A stretch of 64,000 bases of DNA from Vicugna vicugna. Taxonomy: Eukaryota. Below the pieces are notes generated by a model. The model was not told where the DNA came from and did not search any database. It worked only from the letters and a program-made list of their open reading frames with translations. Made by a program: the position numbers and the translations under genes. Shown here in pieces: positions 47,394-60,880 of the stretch (positions are counted from its first letter, which is position 1; each line of letters opens with the position of its first letter). The stretch covers positions 1,894,244-1,958,243 of the forward strand of contig MU058252.1 in NCBI GenBank assembly GCA_013265495.1, in the 5' to 3' direction.

Positions 47394-49789
47394 GTTCATT
47401 TATAAGAGTGAAATAATATTCGCAGGGCATGTGGCAGTCGAGAAATCATTTAACACCTCTTATGTTTTGTTCACCTTCCTCAACACTGAGAACTAGGAGT
47501 ATCAGTGCAGACATGACCTTCTCCATTACACAGAGGGGGGCAGTGGGATGAGATTCTGAGTCACGGACTGCCAGTCACCCCGCTGGGAATGTTCTCACCG
47601 TATTGGCTCTGCTCCCATAGCCCATCGAGACCCCAATGTTGGCATCAGCCCGTGGCGGGAGGCACGAAGGAAAGGGACAGGGTCGCCTGAACTCAGGACC
47701 TTCAGTTCACACCTTGGAGGCAGACGGGCTGAGTGGTGGCTCCAAGAGGCCTGTTCTCTGACCTAACAGAGGCCAGTGTCCATCGCATTTCCTGTGTGTA
47801 GTTCATAATTTGACCATTTGCTGTGCTTCCAGACAAGCAAACAAAGTAACACAACAAAGGAGAACAAGGCAAGGACCAGCCTGCTCCGCGTGGCGCTGGG
47901 CCCCCTCCGAGAAGCCTCCTCCCCTCCCCGCCCAGGGACGCGCCCTCGTGCAGACAGGCGGCCTCTACTCGTCAGACACAGGAACCAGGAGATCAGTCCC
48001 CGGCTTCCTCCCCAGTGATCGTACCTGCGAGTGAACGATTTCGCACTGACCGAGATTCTCTCAGAAACGACATCTACTCGGCGTTCCTGAGAAGCACTTA
48101 GCTCTCGTTTTCTTGTTTCTCTTAAATTGCATCATGGATCATAATATTCCTACAAAACTTAGCAAGCAAAATGATCTCTTTAATAACCTTGGCCCGTTCT
48201 ATTTAATAAGCAGTATTTCTTTTGTTGACGAGTTTGTGAAAGGAATAGTACCAGGCATTTCTTTCAGGGCTTTTACTTAAGGGGAAGTATTTGGACCAAG
48301 AGAAGAACATGACTCTGGGAAGCCCCAGTGTGGCTTCAGGCCCGTTCGACCCAGCACACGAGCTGAAGGCCCACTGGACGTAAGCGCCGATGGGGGCACA
48401 GGAGGAAGTGAGGGTAAAACGAGTTAGAGTAATCTGGGGTAAACACAAGCTGTTCGTGTGGGCTGGGAGCCAACCCCTCCTGCCACAGAGAAGGACCTGC
48501 ATCCAGTGTCAGGCACTGCAGTGAACATTCCTCTCTTCACAGAAATTCTACCACCAAAGGTACCTTGTTCATTTAAGACAGAAAATACATTCCTTTTAGG
48601 CTGAAACACACACACACACACCTTATTACTAGGAGCAAGACTCTCTTACATTCCAAGGGTCCTCCCCGTGAGACCCAGTTTCCTCCCACAGAACTTGCTT
48701 CCTAAGGTTGTGTCCTGCCGGGGGGCTAAGTCTACACCGGATGTGCAGATACCGCAGGGATGTGGGCCTCCTGGAGGCAAGGCTGCTAGGGGATCAGGGC
48801 TCAGTTTCCCAGGTTAGCTTACCTCTCCCCTGATCTTCTCGTGTGGATCAGCTCAAGGTCAGAAACGGTGAACAGAAACCAGTCACAAAGACATGTAGCC
48901 AATGCACAAGTATTCAGCTGACCACATCATCAAGCCAGAGGCTTTTTCTCCCTAAAACTGAGTTCTGTTTTTGGAGTAGAAGCGCTTCATAAAGCGATGA
49001 CTAGCAGGTGCTGAGATAAAGCCGGTAAGCCAGCGTCCCTAGATGCCAGGCCACGTCCTGGGCTCAGCCTTCCTGCAGCACAGTCTCACCTTCCTCAGCC
49101 ACCGCTGATTCTGGGCAAGAGGGGACTCATTTAGGGCAGAGTCCAGTGGTCTGAAGGTCCCTGGATTCAGGCTTTGATGTAGTGACACAGAACAGTGAAT
49201 TCAGACTCTGTTGACAAAAACCTTTCTCCAAAGACTGAATCAACCCAAATGCTCACTTAACCAGAAGGTCCACCTACTCAAGCCCCCTGTTTTTACTCAG
49301 AGCTGATGCCTTCAGTTCTGAACAATAGGACCATAGCATCTCCAATAACGTCTTGCTGCTAACTGGAAATTATCGTGTCTTGCAGGATAAAGCAATAAAG
49401 GAAAAAATGGCATTTTATGTTGACATAATTATTGTGGTTTATTCTCAGAGACATAAATTGTAATGATTCAACTGACTAAATTTAACACCACTTAACATCA
49501 CACGTAGTCACTTGAGACAGTAGTGTAAGCAAGAATTGTCAGAGAAAATGCAACTCTGTCGTGCTTTCAAACTTTTTTCGAATTTTTCTTTTCTTTTTCC
49601 CTTTTTTTAAGTCCTAGAAGCATTGCTCAAAATAAATCGTATGTGGAACTTCGCTATTGAAACGTAAAAGAAAGCTGTTTTTCTGTGTGCTGCTTCCGAA
49701 AGCCTCAGCTGTCTGTGGCCGTGAACCCACTGCTGGCCCCTGTGCTCTCCGGGGGTCTGGGGGCACCGGCCCCACGGCACAGTTGAGCC

Positions 49790-50010
49790 CAGTGGTCTGG
49801 CTTTGGGAGGCAGCAGAAACCTTCACTGTGAGGCTGCCTTTGTTCATATCTGGTTCTACCACTTGGTTGTGGGACCTCATCCAAATTACCTCCTCTCTCT
49901 GTGCCCTCTTGATAGAAAACAAAATTAACCCATGGGGCTACGTGAGCAGTTCATGCAAAGGGCTGGGGCGGTCCCTGTCACGAGGTGGGTGCTCAGCACG
50001 TTCAGTTCTC
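49790..50010 (+). mobile_element. MIR, decayed
   Basis: ggctttgggaggcag..gttcatatctggttctaccactt..tgtcacgaggtgggtgctcagcacg. Confidence 0.6.
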
Positions 50011-50464
50011 ACTGAAAGCAACTCTCCACTGATGCAAAAGCTCCCGACAGCATGGGTCACTGGGTCAAGACTCTACACGAGACAGAGTAAGAACACAATT
50101 CGCTAGAGAGTCAGTCCTCTCTGGCAACTGCTAAATTTAAAAATCTCTAGGTTCGACATTATTTAAAATAGGAAATTATTACACATTAGTGATAGGTAAT
50201 CTTTAAATGAATTTTCTTAAAAATTTCACGTGTACATTTTAAGGTGACAAAAGATCATCTAGCTGGATGGTTTTCACTCCTCATGAGGTCACTGAGCTAA
50301 AGGAAATAAACATGCCTAAGTGAGACGTACAACCAAGGTGACAATTCGGAAGCTTATTTCAAGGAGCCCTTCTGTTTCAGAAGCACTTAGCGAACTGAGT
50401 CTTCAGCCCTTCTGCATTGGGTGTGCTTTCTTTTTGACTTGGTTTTTCTTTTTCCTTTTGCATC

Positions 50465-50516
50465 TTTTTTTTTTTTATTGAAGTATAGTCAGTTTACAAT
50501 GTTGTGTCAATTTCTG
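50465..50516 (-). mobile_element. L1 3' tip
   Basis: Poly-T plus attgaagtatagtcagtttacaatgttgtgtcaatttctg. Confidence 0.88.
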
Positions 50517-50653
50517 ATGAGTTTGTTTTTCCTTAAGTGCTTTTGCAGGAGAGCATAACCTAGTAGCCACTGACTCGGAGTGAAACCTCAGAGCAGCCCA
50601 CTGATGTTCCAAAATGTTAATAAAAAGTAACACCAAGATTGAGATGCAAGAGC

Positions 50654-50708
50654 CCTTCCTTCCTTCCTTCCTTCCTTCCTTCCTCCTTCCTTCCTTCCTT
50701 CCTTCCTT
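50654..50708. repeat. (CCTT)n microsatellite
   Basis: Read directly; one interruption. Confidence 0.95.
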
Positions 50709-52628
50709 TTTCCAGTTGTATTTCTATTCTACAACAAAAACAAAAACAATGATGTGATAATGTTCACAGCTGTAAGGAGCTGATGGGGAGAAGACCAACC
50801 ACAGGACTCCATTCCTCTTCCATCAGGAACCAGCTTGGTGAACTTGGACATTCTGTTGACCGATTAACCCAAGATTCATGTTTCAGCGGCGTCACATGCC
50901 TCCGGGGAAATTTCTCAAGCGCCTGTGAGTCTGGCTTTTCTTCCTGACACCTCCTTCCTGTACAGGAAGGCAGCCTCCCTCGTAAGCCTCCTGCCCAGAG
51001 CCCGGGACAGGTGGGCCTGTGTCTTGGTCTCGCGCTGGGCCTTCCCAGCGAAATTCTTTGAGTATCAGAAGTCACCCCAACCCCGCTGTATTTCCACCAT
51101 TTGTACCGTTCTCTGTCCCCCTTTTCTGCTCTGTTTTTCTCGACAGCCACGTCACCATCTGCTATTACATTCTAACGTTTGTACATACATTTGCAGTCTT
51201 CCCGGAATCGGGGGTTTGCTGTGTTTGAACGCCTAGGATGCCCGTAGGTAACACACACAGTGAGCGGTTCTCAGGTGTTCTTTCTGCTTTTCATTCAAAG
51301 CCTGATTATAAGCCATTGATATTCAAAGAGGTCTCCTTTTTTCATTTGTCTGTTTGTTTTTGCTGAAATTGTAGGAAGTGGCCTTGGATGAGCAAAGAGG
51401 GTAGGTAGCCTGAGGGCTTAGGGGTTAAACCAGCGATGAAAAGTGGTGTTTTCTCCCACTCATAGTTTCCTCGGTGGAGAGGAGTTTTTGATTCCCAGGG
51501 CCACTCGGATGGGAAGCGCCCCTCCGCCCCAGCGGCCTGGTGGATGGCTGCAGCTGGGGTCGGAGCAGAGATGGAAGCCTCGGCCAAATGCTTGCAAAAC
51601 AAGAAATTAATTGTTGAATTCTAGGGACATTTTTTCCTTTGTGAGAACTGCAGCTGCTACACATTTTAATCTGCATTTGAATGCACTGTTTTTTAAAAAA
51701 TCCATTATAAAATCCATTACCCTTTTTTATAGTATGTGTGTAAACAGCCATTTATCAAAACTCCCATTAAAGAGAATGGAATTCAAAATGAACATACACA
51801 CCAAACCCTAAACTGGCTATTCAAATGGGTAAATACGCCACGACTGTCAAATTCCGGGTTTGTTTACAGCCATATGGAAAGGTGTAGTGTCAATGCCTGG
51901 GAGTGTTATCCGGGGTCCCCCCGGGGCTCCTCTGAAGCCTTCCCGCCCATCCCCTCACTCCTCTCCGCCTCCCTTTCTGTAAGTCTGTCTCCCGGAATGT
52001 CTTCTGGCAGTTCCTGATGGTGACTGCTGCCTTGAGGGAAGGAATTCTTCCTCTCAAACAAGAGCCAGAGTCACCCATCACCTCGCGTTGGTCAACCGTC
52101 TCTCACCTCTGACAGTGCAGACCCCCTCACTGCCGCAAGGCCTGAAGTCAAACCATATTTCCATGATATTGTTGTCACTGGAGACGTAAAATAGGGTCCT
52201 GAAGAGATGGAGGAACAAGGAGACAGACACCGATTGAGGAGGAAGGTCAAGTCCATGGGTCAGCGACATGGGTCCCCGTGTGTGTGATGGAGACGCAGAA
52301 ATTCTTCACGATGGCGGGGTGAGATGAAGGCCTGCAGGAGGCCTGTGAACAGAGGAGATGGACCGCCCAACAAGTGGAAGGCCACCACGGACTTCGCTTC
52401 ACTAGAAGCAATACGAAGGCTACTGGGATCTGAGTGTCTGGGGCTATTCGGCTATGCTCGAAGTAATGGAACAAAATTCTGCCTTCTGTTCGAGTTACCA
52501 TAGAAATGGTGTGAATAAATCGTTGTTCTGGGTCTGTTGCTAATTAGCTTCACAGCACTGAGGAAGCTGCCGAGCCACTCGAGTACCCAGTTTGCTTGTC
52601 TGTCATAGAAGGGCATTTACATGCCACA

Positions 52629-54673
52629 TTTTAATTTTATTTTATTATTTTATGGGAGTATAGTTGATTGACAATATTGTGTTAGTGTCAGGTGTACAGC
52701 AAGTGATTCAGTTACATATATATGTGTTTAGATTAGTTTCCACTATAGTTTATTACAAAATATTGAACATTGTTCCTTTGCTAGACAGTAAATCCTTGTT
52801 ACTTATCTATTCAGTTCAAATGTGTCATGTGTATCTGTTAATGCCTTAATCAGAATTTATACTATCTTCCTCCCTTTCCACTTTGGTAAACTGTAAGTTT
52901 GTGTTCTATGTCTGTGAGTCTGTTTCTGTTTTGTACATGGATTCATTCATAACATTTTTTAGATTCCACAGATAAGTGATGTCATATGATATTTGTCTTT
53001 CTCTGTCTGACTTACTTCACTTAGTATGATCATCTCCAGGTCCATAAACATTGCTGCAAATACTATTTCATTCTTTTTTATGGCTGAGTAGTATTCCGTT
53101 GTGTATATATACACCACATCTTCTTAAACTAGTCATCTGTTGACAGACACTTAGGTTGCTTCCAGGCCTTGACTATTACAAACAGTGCTGCTATGAATAT
53201 TGGGGTGCACGTATTTTTCTGAGTTAGAGTTTTCATCTTTCCTGGATATAAGCCCAGGAGTGGGATTGCTGGATCACATGATAGCTCTAGTATTCGTTTT
53301 TTAAGGAACCTCCATACTGCTTTCCATAGTAGCTGCACCAGATTACATTCCCACCAACAATGTAGAGGAGTTCCCCTTTCTCCACATTCTCTCCAGCATT
53401 CGTTATTTGTAGACTTTCTGATGACAGCCATTCTGACTGGTGTGAGCTGATACCTTGTGGTTTGGATTTGCATTTCCCTGATGATTAGCGATGTTGAGCA
53501 TCATTTCCTGTGCCTGTTGGCCATCTGTATGTCTTCTTTGCGGAAATGCCTATTTAGGTCTTTGTTCATTTTTGGATTGGGTTGTTTGTTGCTGTCTTTT
53601 TGATATGAGTTTTATGGCCTGTTTGTATATTTTGGAAATTAAGCCCTTGTTGGTTGCATTGTTTGCAAACATTTTCTCCCATTCTTAAACTAATCATCTG
53701 TTGATAGACACTTAAGTTGCTTCCAGGCCTTGGCTGTCTTTTTGTTTTGTTGATGGTTTCCTTTGCTGTGCAAAAGCTTTTAAGTTTAATTAGGTCCCAT
53801 ATGTTATTTTTGCTCCTTTTTCTTTTGCCTTGGGAAACTGATCTAAGAAAATATTGCTACAATTTATGCCCAAGAATGTCTTGCCTATGTTCTCTTCCAG
53901 GAGTTTTATGGTGTCATGTCTTAAATTTAAGTCTTTAAGCCATTTTGAGTTCATTTTTGTGTATGGAGTGAAGGAGCGTTCTAACTTCATTTATCTACAT
54001 ACACCTGTTCAGCTTTCCCAACACCATTTGCTGAAGACACTATCTTTTCTCCATTGCATATTCTTGCCTTCTCTGTCAAAAATGAATTGAGCATAGGTGT
54101 GTGGGTTTATTTCTGGGCTCTCTATTCTGTTCCATAGATCCATACATCTGTTTCTGTGCCAATACCATGCTGTTTTGATGACTGTAGCTCTGTACTGTTG
54201 TCTGAACTCTGGGAGGGTAATGCCTCTAGCTTTGTTCTCTTTCCTCAGAAGTGCTTTGGCAATTCTGAGTCTTTTGTGGTTCCATATAAATTTTAGGATT
54301 ATTTTTTTCTAGTTCTGTGAAAAATGTTCTGGGTAACTTGATACACCCATTTCAACAATATTAATTCTTCCAATCCAAGAGCATGGGATATCTTTCCACT
54401 TTTTTTGAATCATTTTCAATTTCCTTTATCAATGTTTTATAATTCTCAGCATATAGGTCTTTTACCTCCATGGTTCAGTTTATTCCTAGGTAGTTTATTT
54501 TTTTCATGCAATTTCAGCAGAATTGGGTTTTTTTTAATTTTCTATTTCTGATATTTCATTGTTAGTGTAAATAAATTCATGATATTAATCTTGTCTTCTG
54601 CTACCTTGCTGAATTCATTTATTAGTTCTAATAGTTTTTGTGTGTAGTCTTTTGGGTTTTCTATCTAGAGTAT
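52629..54673 (-). mobile_element. About 2-kb 5'-truncated L1 (disabled ORF2 3' part and 3'UTR)
   Basis: ORFs 53129-53473 and 53790-53990 (-) are frameshifted L1 ORF2 pieces ([12 protein letters not shown]..; KLERSFTPYTKMNSKWLKDLN..), with a T-rich tail at about 52630. Confidence 0.95.
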
Positions 54674-54714
54674 ACATGACACATTTTAGAGAAATCTCCA
54701 ATTTTCAAACTTCA

Positions 54715-55182
54715 CAGTAGATCACATGACCTCAGTTCTTCCCTTCCTTGTCCAATGTCTTTGTAGCTCTTCCCACCAAGAAGTTGAGTTTATCACACCA
54801 CTCTTGTAAAGGAGCTGACCTTGTGGCTTGCTTTGACCAGAAGAATGTGGAGAAAGTGACAATGTGCTAGGTCCAAACCTAGACCTCAAGAGAAATTGCA
54901 TGCTTTTGTTTTTTCTCTTGGCAATCTATCCAGCGTTCATGTAGGTCGGCCTGCTGGAGTATGAAAGACACGACTACATCATATCATTTCAGCCACGGCC
55001 ATTCTAAGGCAATCAGCTGATCCATTCAATTCACCAGCTGATCACAGATGCATGAGAAACCCTGGCTAGATCAGAACACTCCTCCACCCCAGGTGGCCCC
55101 CTAGCCCTTGAGAAATAATGCACAATGTTCCTTAAGTCATTAAGTTTTAGAGCTGATTGTGTAAGAGTACCTAACTGATACA
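54715..55182 (+). mobile_element. Old MaLR LTR (MLT1G/H-like)
   Basis: gctcttcccaccaagaag..tggcttgctttgacca..gaaagtgac..acctagacctcaagag..cagctgatcacagatgcatgag..aactgataca. Confidence 0.75.
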
Positions 55183-56049
55183 GATGGTGGCCTGAGATGC
55201 ATTGGAATGTATTTTGGATACATTTTCATTCCACAGAGGGACTTTTTTAAGCTGTTGTTTTCACTGTATGTAATTGATATTGATCTTTTCCAGATTGGTA
55301 TATGTCTCAACTCTATTTGTCAAAAGGAAAGCTCGATATATTTTTTATTCTTCTAATAAGCTATTAGGTAGTTTCTAACCTTAGTTTGAGCATTTTAAGA
55401 AATTGGAATAATGGATGTTTGACTTGTAAATCCCATATTCTAGACATTTAGCTCAGGTATTAGCCTAAATATCCCAGAAAGTTTCTGGGCATGCAGAGCA
55501 ATTTTTGGAGAATTGCTTGCAATGCTGCCTATTATTATGAGTACTAGGTGAATTTCTTTAACTCTGAATGAATTTGGGTGAATTTACTTCTTGGATGGGA
55601 ATTGAGCAAAGATTCACATACTCATGGTGACATCAAAGATTCTGGTGCCAACATTATTATTTGAATGATGACTTTATTGCATTTATAAAAATGATGCATG
55701 TTCACTATAAAACATTCAAGTAATTCAGATAAGTATAAAGAAGCAATAAATCATCTCGAATCCTCAAAAACACTAGAGTTGTCATTTTGTGAATATCATT
55801 TCAGATATTTCTCCACTCAGGTATATAAACAGAAGGATGAGGCAGAAGATACAGAGGTTTTTAAGTATAGTTTCAGACTGTACATATTATTTTAATTTTA
55901 AAATTATTACATTTAATAATCCTTGATTTTATCTAGAAAAAATAGCTAATGAAGAGTTCAAATTCAGATAAATATTAATTCATTCCTTAGGAACTAGCTC
56001 CTCAAAGTTTATTCAAGACCTAAAAAAGATTAGAGAATCAGATGCCTTT

Positions 56050-56490
56050 CATGCACCACTCAGATCTTTCTGGCTTCACCTCCCTCCTGTTGCAACTCTG
56101 CATGGACAAGGATCAATTTTATAACAATTAATATGACAGCATCACTATTTATCATGCTGTGCATTTCAGCTCTGTCTGGGAGTTCCCTGTGAATGCCACC
56201 ATAGGATCCTACTCAGCATATACGTGACCCCAAAGGGCAGGGGTGTTGACACCCAGGGGAAGAAATTGTTCCTCTTTCTCCATGATCCCTATACAGGGGA
56301 GGGTCTTGAGATGCAGTTTATATACTTCTCGGGGCCACATTCCTATGAGTCAAGCAGTCATACACACTTAGCAAGCGCCCGCCTGATCACACACTGGTCT
56401 GTCCCCTCCTCCTGTCTTGACTGCCTCTCTTGTCATCTCCATTACCCTAGCTCTCTGGAACTGTACTTCTTCAAATAGTCATAGCAGGGG
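56050..56490 (+). mobile_element. LTR16-type ERVL LTR, decayed
   Basis: gggtgttgacacccagggg..ttgagatgcagtttata..tcaagcagtca, directly upstream of ERVL internal sequence. Confidence 0.5.
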
Positions 56491-56589
56491 TTTTTGTAGT
56501 GTTGAATTTACTCCAAGATGCGTTACCAGACGTGGTTCTAGGTCATTAGGAAAGCAGATCTTCAAGACAGTGTTTTGGTATTTTTGAGC

Positions 56590-58145
56590 ACGTTGATAGC
56601 AATCAGGATCCCCATGCTGGTGGCGAGTGGAGTGGTACCCATAGCCCCAGGCTTGCAGGGAACTCACCTGTAGTCATGGGGATAAGAACAGGTGGACGAT
56701 GAGGCACTGGGCTGTGTGGGGACTGTACCACACAGTACTAGGGAAATCATTTTATAAGGATTGGGATGTGGTTCAGCTTCATTAATGACACAGGAAGCAT
56801 CTTAAATAGTAATTAAAATAGGCTCAGGGTGTCAAAATGCTAACTTAAGACACTCCCTGAAAGCCAGAGGACTTTGTAGCATCAGACTGGGAAGCTGTCA
56901 CCTGCTACAGTCCTATGAGGGTCTGTTCGAAAATGAGGTCCAGAAGCCCGTTATAAAGAAATCAAATGCACAGCCTTGACAAGTCAGGAAAAGACCCAAA
57001 ATAGACCTGAAGCCTAGGATGGGGCCATTTGGATGGATGAGCCTGGGAACCTTTAAGCCCCCAATTTACTTAAATGTTCAGGATGCAAAAGCAGAATCTT
57101 CCCTATTGGCAGAGAAGGGCGGCTTCTCCTTGCCTGAGGAGTAAAGCATGGCTTCACCTGAAGCAAGGTGACACTTGTTTTCATGACATGCCGTTGCCCG
57201 TCTTCCTACATTCCAGAGACATATTTGTCCTTCTCGACTTGGGTCATGCTGAGGACTAAATGCAATTATTGGCCTGGAGGTAAACAGATTATATGCTAAA
57301 ACGGATGACAGGAACCGGCTAGTTTTCCCAGCAGAGACTGAGAAATGTGTGTGGGGGTGGACCTTCAGGACGCTGGACCACGGGAGGCAGGATACAGTCT
57401 GACTGGAGAGGAAGTGATTGACACGGGGACACTTGCGACATCCATGAGCCATGGCTCTGGCAAGGACATCTGTAGGTCATCTTGTATCTGCTGGGATGGA
57501 TCCGTGAAGTTTGAATGTGATAATATCCTACAGTAAATGAGGTGGAGATGTTAGATTGTCCTTGACTTGATGTTGAAGAAAGAGTTAGAATGTAACAGGA
57601 AATAGCAACGCAGAATGGATTTGCATGTAGGATCTGAGAACCCACCACCAAGGACGCTCCCTAAGAGGGGTGTCTTCACTAAGGGAGAAAGGAATGCATT
57701 TCCAGGAGGGCACTCGGATCTTTTAGAAGCTCTTTCACATGGTTGCTGTCCTTAAGCAAAAGCTGACGCTGGGCAGTGCGGTCAGGCAGCTGGGCTCCGT
57801 GGAATGAATGAGGGTGACCCCAGAATCGCAGAGACCTAATGGAAGGACTTGCTGTCAGAGGCCCAGGGGATACAGGTGTCATAATAAGTAAGAAGAGTGT
57901 CTTGACCTTCCAAGATCTGTTAGGATGGTAATGGATTCAAATGCCAAGGCAGCATACTATTAGACTGAAATTTTAGATCTTAAATTTCATTAGGGGGCCT
58001 AGAAGGAAGAGGGCTGGAAGTTAGGGGAAAGTTAAGTCTGGCGTATATGCATGGACCTGCGGAGCAGACCCAAAGCGTGGGGATCCCTGTGTCTCAAATT
58101 AACGCTCACCAGAGAGCACCCTCTGCAAAGAAGGTGCTCAACAAG
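56590..58145 (+). mobile_element. ERVL internal remnant (gag and RNase H pieces), non-coding
   Basis: gag-like DGAIWMD (about 57020), EKCVWGWTFR and EEVIDTGTL (about 57340-57435), VNEVEM (about 57533); RNase H-like IPVSQINAHQRAPSA in ORF 58047-58244. Confidence 0.75.
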
Positions 58146-58474
58146 GCCCCCACCCCTGCTCTGTGTGTGAGTGTCTGCCTTTCATTTCTTTTGGCCACAG
58201 TAACTCTAATGATAATGTTTGCTTTCATTTGTTTGCATACTTAATATGAGTCATTCTGTCCAAAACTTTTTTGGGCTCTGACATGGTGGGCACGGAAACC
58301 CCCTGACAATTTCTATCTTAAATTAAACCAGCTCCTCTCCCCCTCATAGATCAAAGGCTGACTATGGCTTTCCAGAAACTCTTCTGCAGCCTGAAGGCTC
58401 CAGTGCCGGGGCAGCAGCAGCCCTTGAAAGGGGAACTTAGTCGTTCTCTTTCTCAGTCTCTCTCTCCCTGAGAC

Positions 58475-58917
58475 TGACGACGAATCTCTCTTGGAGCAAA
58501 GTTCAGACAGACTCCTCTGAGCCCTCTGTTTGGCTAGGACTCACCCTTGGGCCCTGTCTGCAGCCCGTGTGGCTCAGTGTAGCAAGAACCCTGCCGGATC
58601 AGCTCAGTGAGAGCCCCCAGTGCTGACACCTGATGACCCGCGGTACCCAACCGAGGTCGTCAGCCCCATCTGCGATGTCTAAGTCCTTGACTGGCCTTCA
58701 GCAAGAATCTTGTTAAGCCAGTTTAGCAAGAAACCCCCTACTTGTGGTGTCTCCTTTTAGTCATTTTCCGCCACCAGCTGTCATCCTGCCCCTCGATTAT
58801 AAATCTCCACTTGCCCTTGCTGAGCTCAGAACTGAGCACCATCACCCTTCCTATTGCAATAGTCTTGATTAGCGTCCTAACGATTTAGCAAGTGTCAGAG
58901 TAATTCTTTCTTTATTG
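58475..58917 (+). mobile_element. MER31-like ERV1 LTR
   Basis: actcctctgagccctct..tagcaagaaccctg..gatgtctaagtccttg..ttcagcaagaatc..tataaatctccacttg..cctattgcaatagtc. Confidence 0.85.
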
Positions 58918-58934
58918 AGATCCATGACACGGAC

Positions 58935-59092
58935 ACAGTATTCTGTCATTTATTAGTTTGTGCCTACGCCTCCCACTAGAACGTAAGACCCACGGAGGAA
59001 GGGGATTTACTGTATGCTTCTGGGACCCAGAATGGTACCTGAGGCCCAGCAGGCACTCACTTAACAGTCACCGGATTCACATACGAATGAGT
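58935..59092 (+). mobile_element. L2 3' end
   Basis: ctcccactagaacgtaagacccacggaggaagggg..agcaggcactca..gaatgagtgg. Confidence 0.7.
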
Positions 59093-60199
59093 GGACAGGA
59101 GGCCCCGGGTTCCTTTATCTGCCTGAACCTGTGGTACACCTCACTCCTTCCGAACTGAGAAACAGTGGACACTCCACGTGAGTAACTTGAAGTGGTGCTT
59201 ACAGTCGGTCTTTAATAAAGGTTCAACATACAAATAATAGTGGTCAACAGCCTTGCTCTGCCAACTCAAGACAGGGCTCTGTGTGTAAAGTGACTTCCCG
59301 GAGGCCTCTCTCTTCTCTTGCAGCTGCCCCCATGGCAGCCAGAAGCTTCCATTTCCCTCTGAGTTCTTAAAGGGCTGCTCCAAATTGTAAGCAACTGGGA
59401 GAATGTTTAGGATTTTACTGACTTTAACCTTTTCTCGTTTTCACTCTTGGAGGGAGAATGGGGCAAGACGTGGGGCTACACTGGGCCCCAACATAATCAG
59501 CCTGTTTCTTTTTCTTTTGCTGGCCCCTTCCTGAGGGAGCTTATTCATAGTTTACACATTGCACGTTGTGTTGGAGCTCTTTCCTTGTCTGCTTGTCGCT
59601 GTTGAATTTCCATCTGGGTCTTTATTTACCAGGGACGTTTGGGAGGGAGATGACGCGATCTGGCCTCATTCTGCCATCTTCCCCTTGTCTTGTGAGGATC
59701 CTCCTTACATGCAAGTTATTATTACTCAATTGTCTCCCAGGGACTCACTGCTTTGCAGTAACTCCACGTTGTAGCCGACGGGGTATATACTGACCACTCA
59801 TCCTGCCCCACGCACGGGGCAGACAATAGACGTACGTAGGAGCGTGCGGTACCCTGAGTCAGTCTATCCTGAGAGTCACACAAGGTCAGTGAGCTGGACA
59901 CTGGGCCCAGAGTCAACATCGGGGCAAAGTCTGCTAAAGGCAGCTGGGAGGGAACAGATGAGGCTGCTGTTTGTCCCTGACGCCAAGCTGCTAGACAGTA
60001 AGGCGAGGGCTTGGGTTCCTAGAAGAATCTGTGTGTTTAACCTCATGTTGTTACAATGGCTTGTCTGCTAAGATTGAACGCAATCGGCTTAGAGACAAGG
60101 ACTCAGAAGAGTACAGTCTTAAGTCTTCCTCTCTGTGTGACACAGAGGAGTTCTTCGTCAAAACAGATAATAATTCCTCTTAAAAATCTCAACAACAGT

Positions 60200-60880
60200 G
60201 AGTTAGAAGCGTGATACTACCCAGCGCCGTCAGGACAGGGGAAAGGGACTTTGTGTTTATGCTGCTGGTAGGGATATAAATTATTCCAATGGTTTTGGAA
60301 AATAACTTGGCAGGACCTATTAAAGCAAAAATACACTTGCATTTTGACACAGAAAAGCACCTTTTGGGAATCCATCTTACTGAAAATACCATCAGCTTAC
60401 AAGAATATGTGAACAAAGATATTTACTGAAGCATTATTTATATTGATGACAAAACGGAGAAGCCGGAATATCAATTATCAGCGCATGAACACTTGATACA
60501 TCTTGGTGCTTCCTTCTATAGGACGTTTTGCATCTGTTAAGGAATACGTATGAGATACGTTAATTGAAAAAAGGCAATTGGCTGAGTGATATGAATTGAA
60601 GAGAAGTCTTTCTATTTTGAGTGAGGGTGTGTATGTATGTGTTCTTTGTGTTTCTGTTTGCTGTGTGGCCGTGTGCATTTGTGTGAGTATGGATGTAAAG
60701 TTTCCACTTTGATTATTTTGGGGCAGGAACTAGGTAGGGGGAGGGGAGATGGGTAAATAGTTGACTTTGACTTTGTGATTCCCTGTGGTGAATCACTGAT
60801 TTAATCTGTTGCAACAAGAAGCAGGCATTACTTTTGTAGTTTTAATAAAAAGACATTAATAAAAAATTAAAAATCAAATA
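60200..60880 (+). mobile_element. Ancient L1 (L1ME-class) 3' region
   Basis: gctggtagggatataaatt..ttttggaaaataacttggca..ttttgggaatccatc..aagatatttactgaagcattatt; ends gcattacttttgtag. Confidence 0.7.

Noticed and set aside
48268..48379. Plus-strand exon-like segment with an open frame (LLLKGKYLDQEKNMTL..)
   Set aside because: Plausible splice sites but an unrecognised peptide and no partner exons; indistinguishable from chance.
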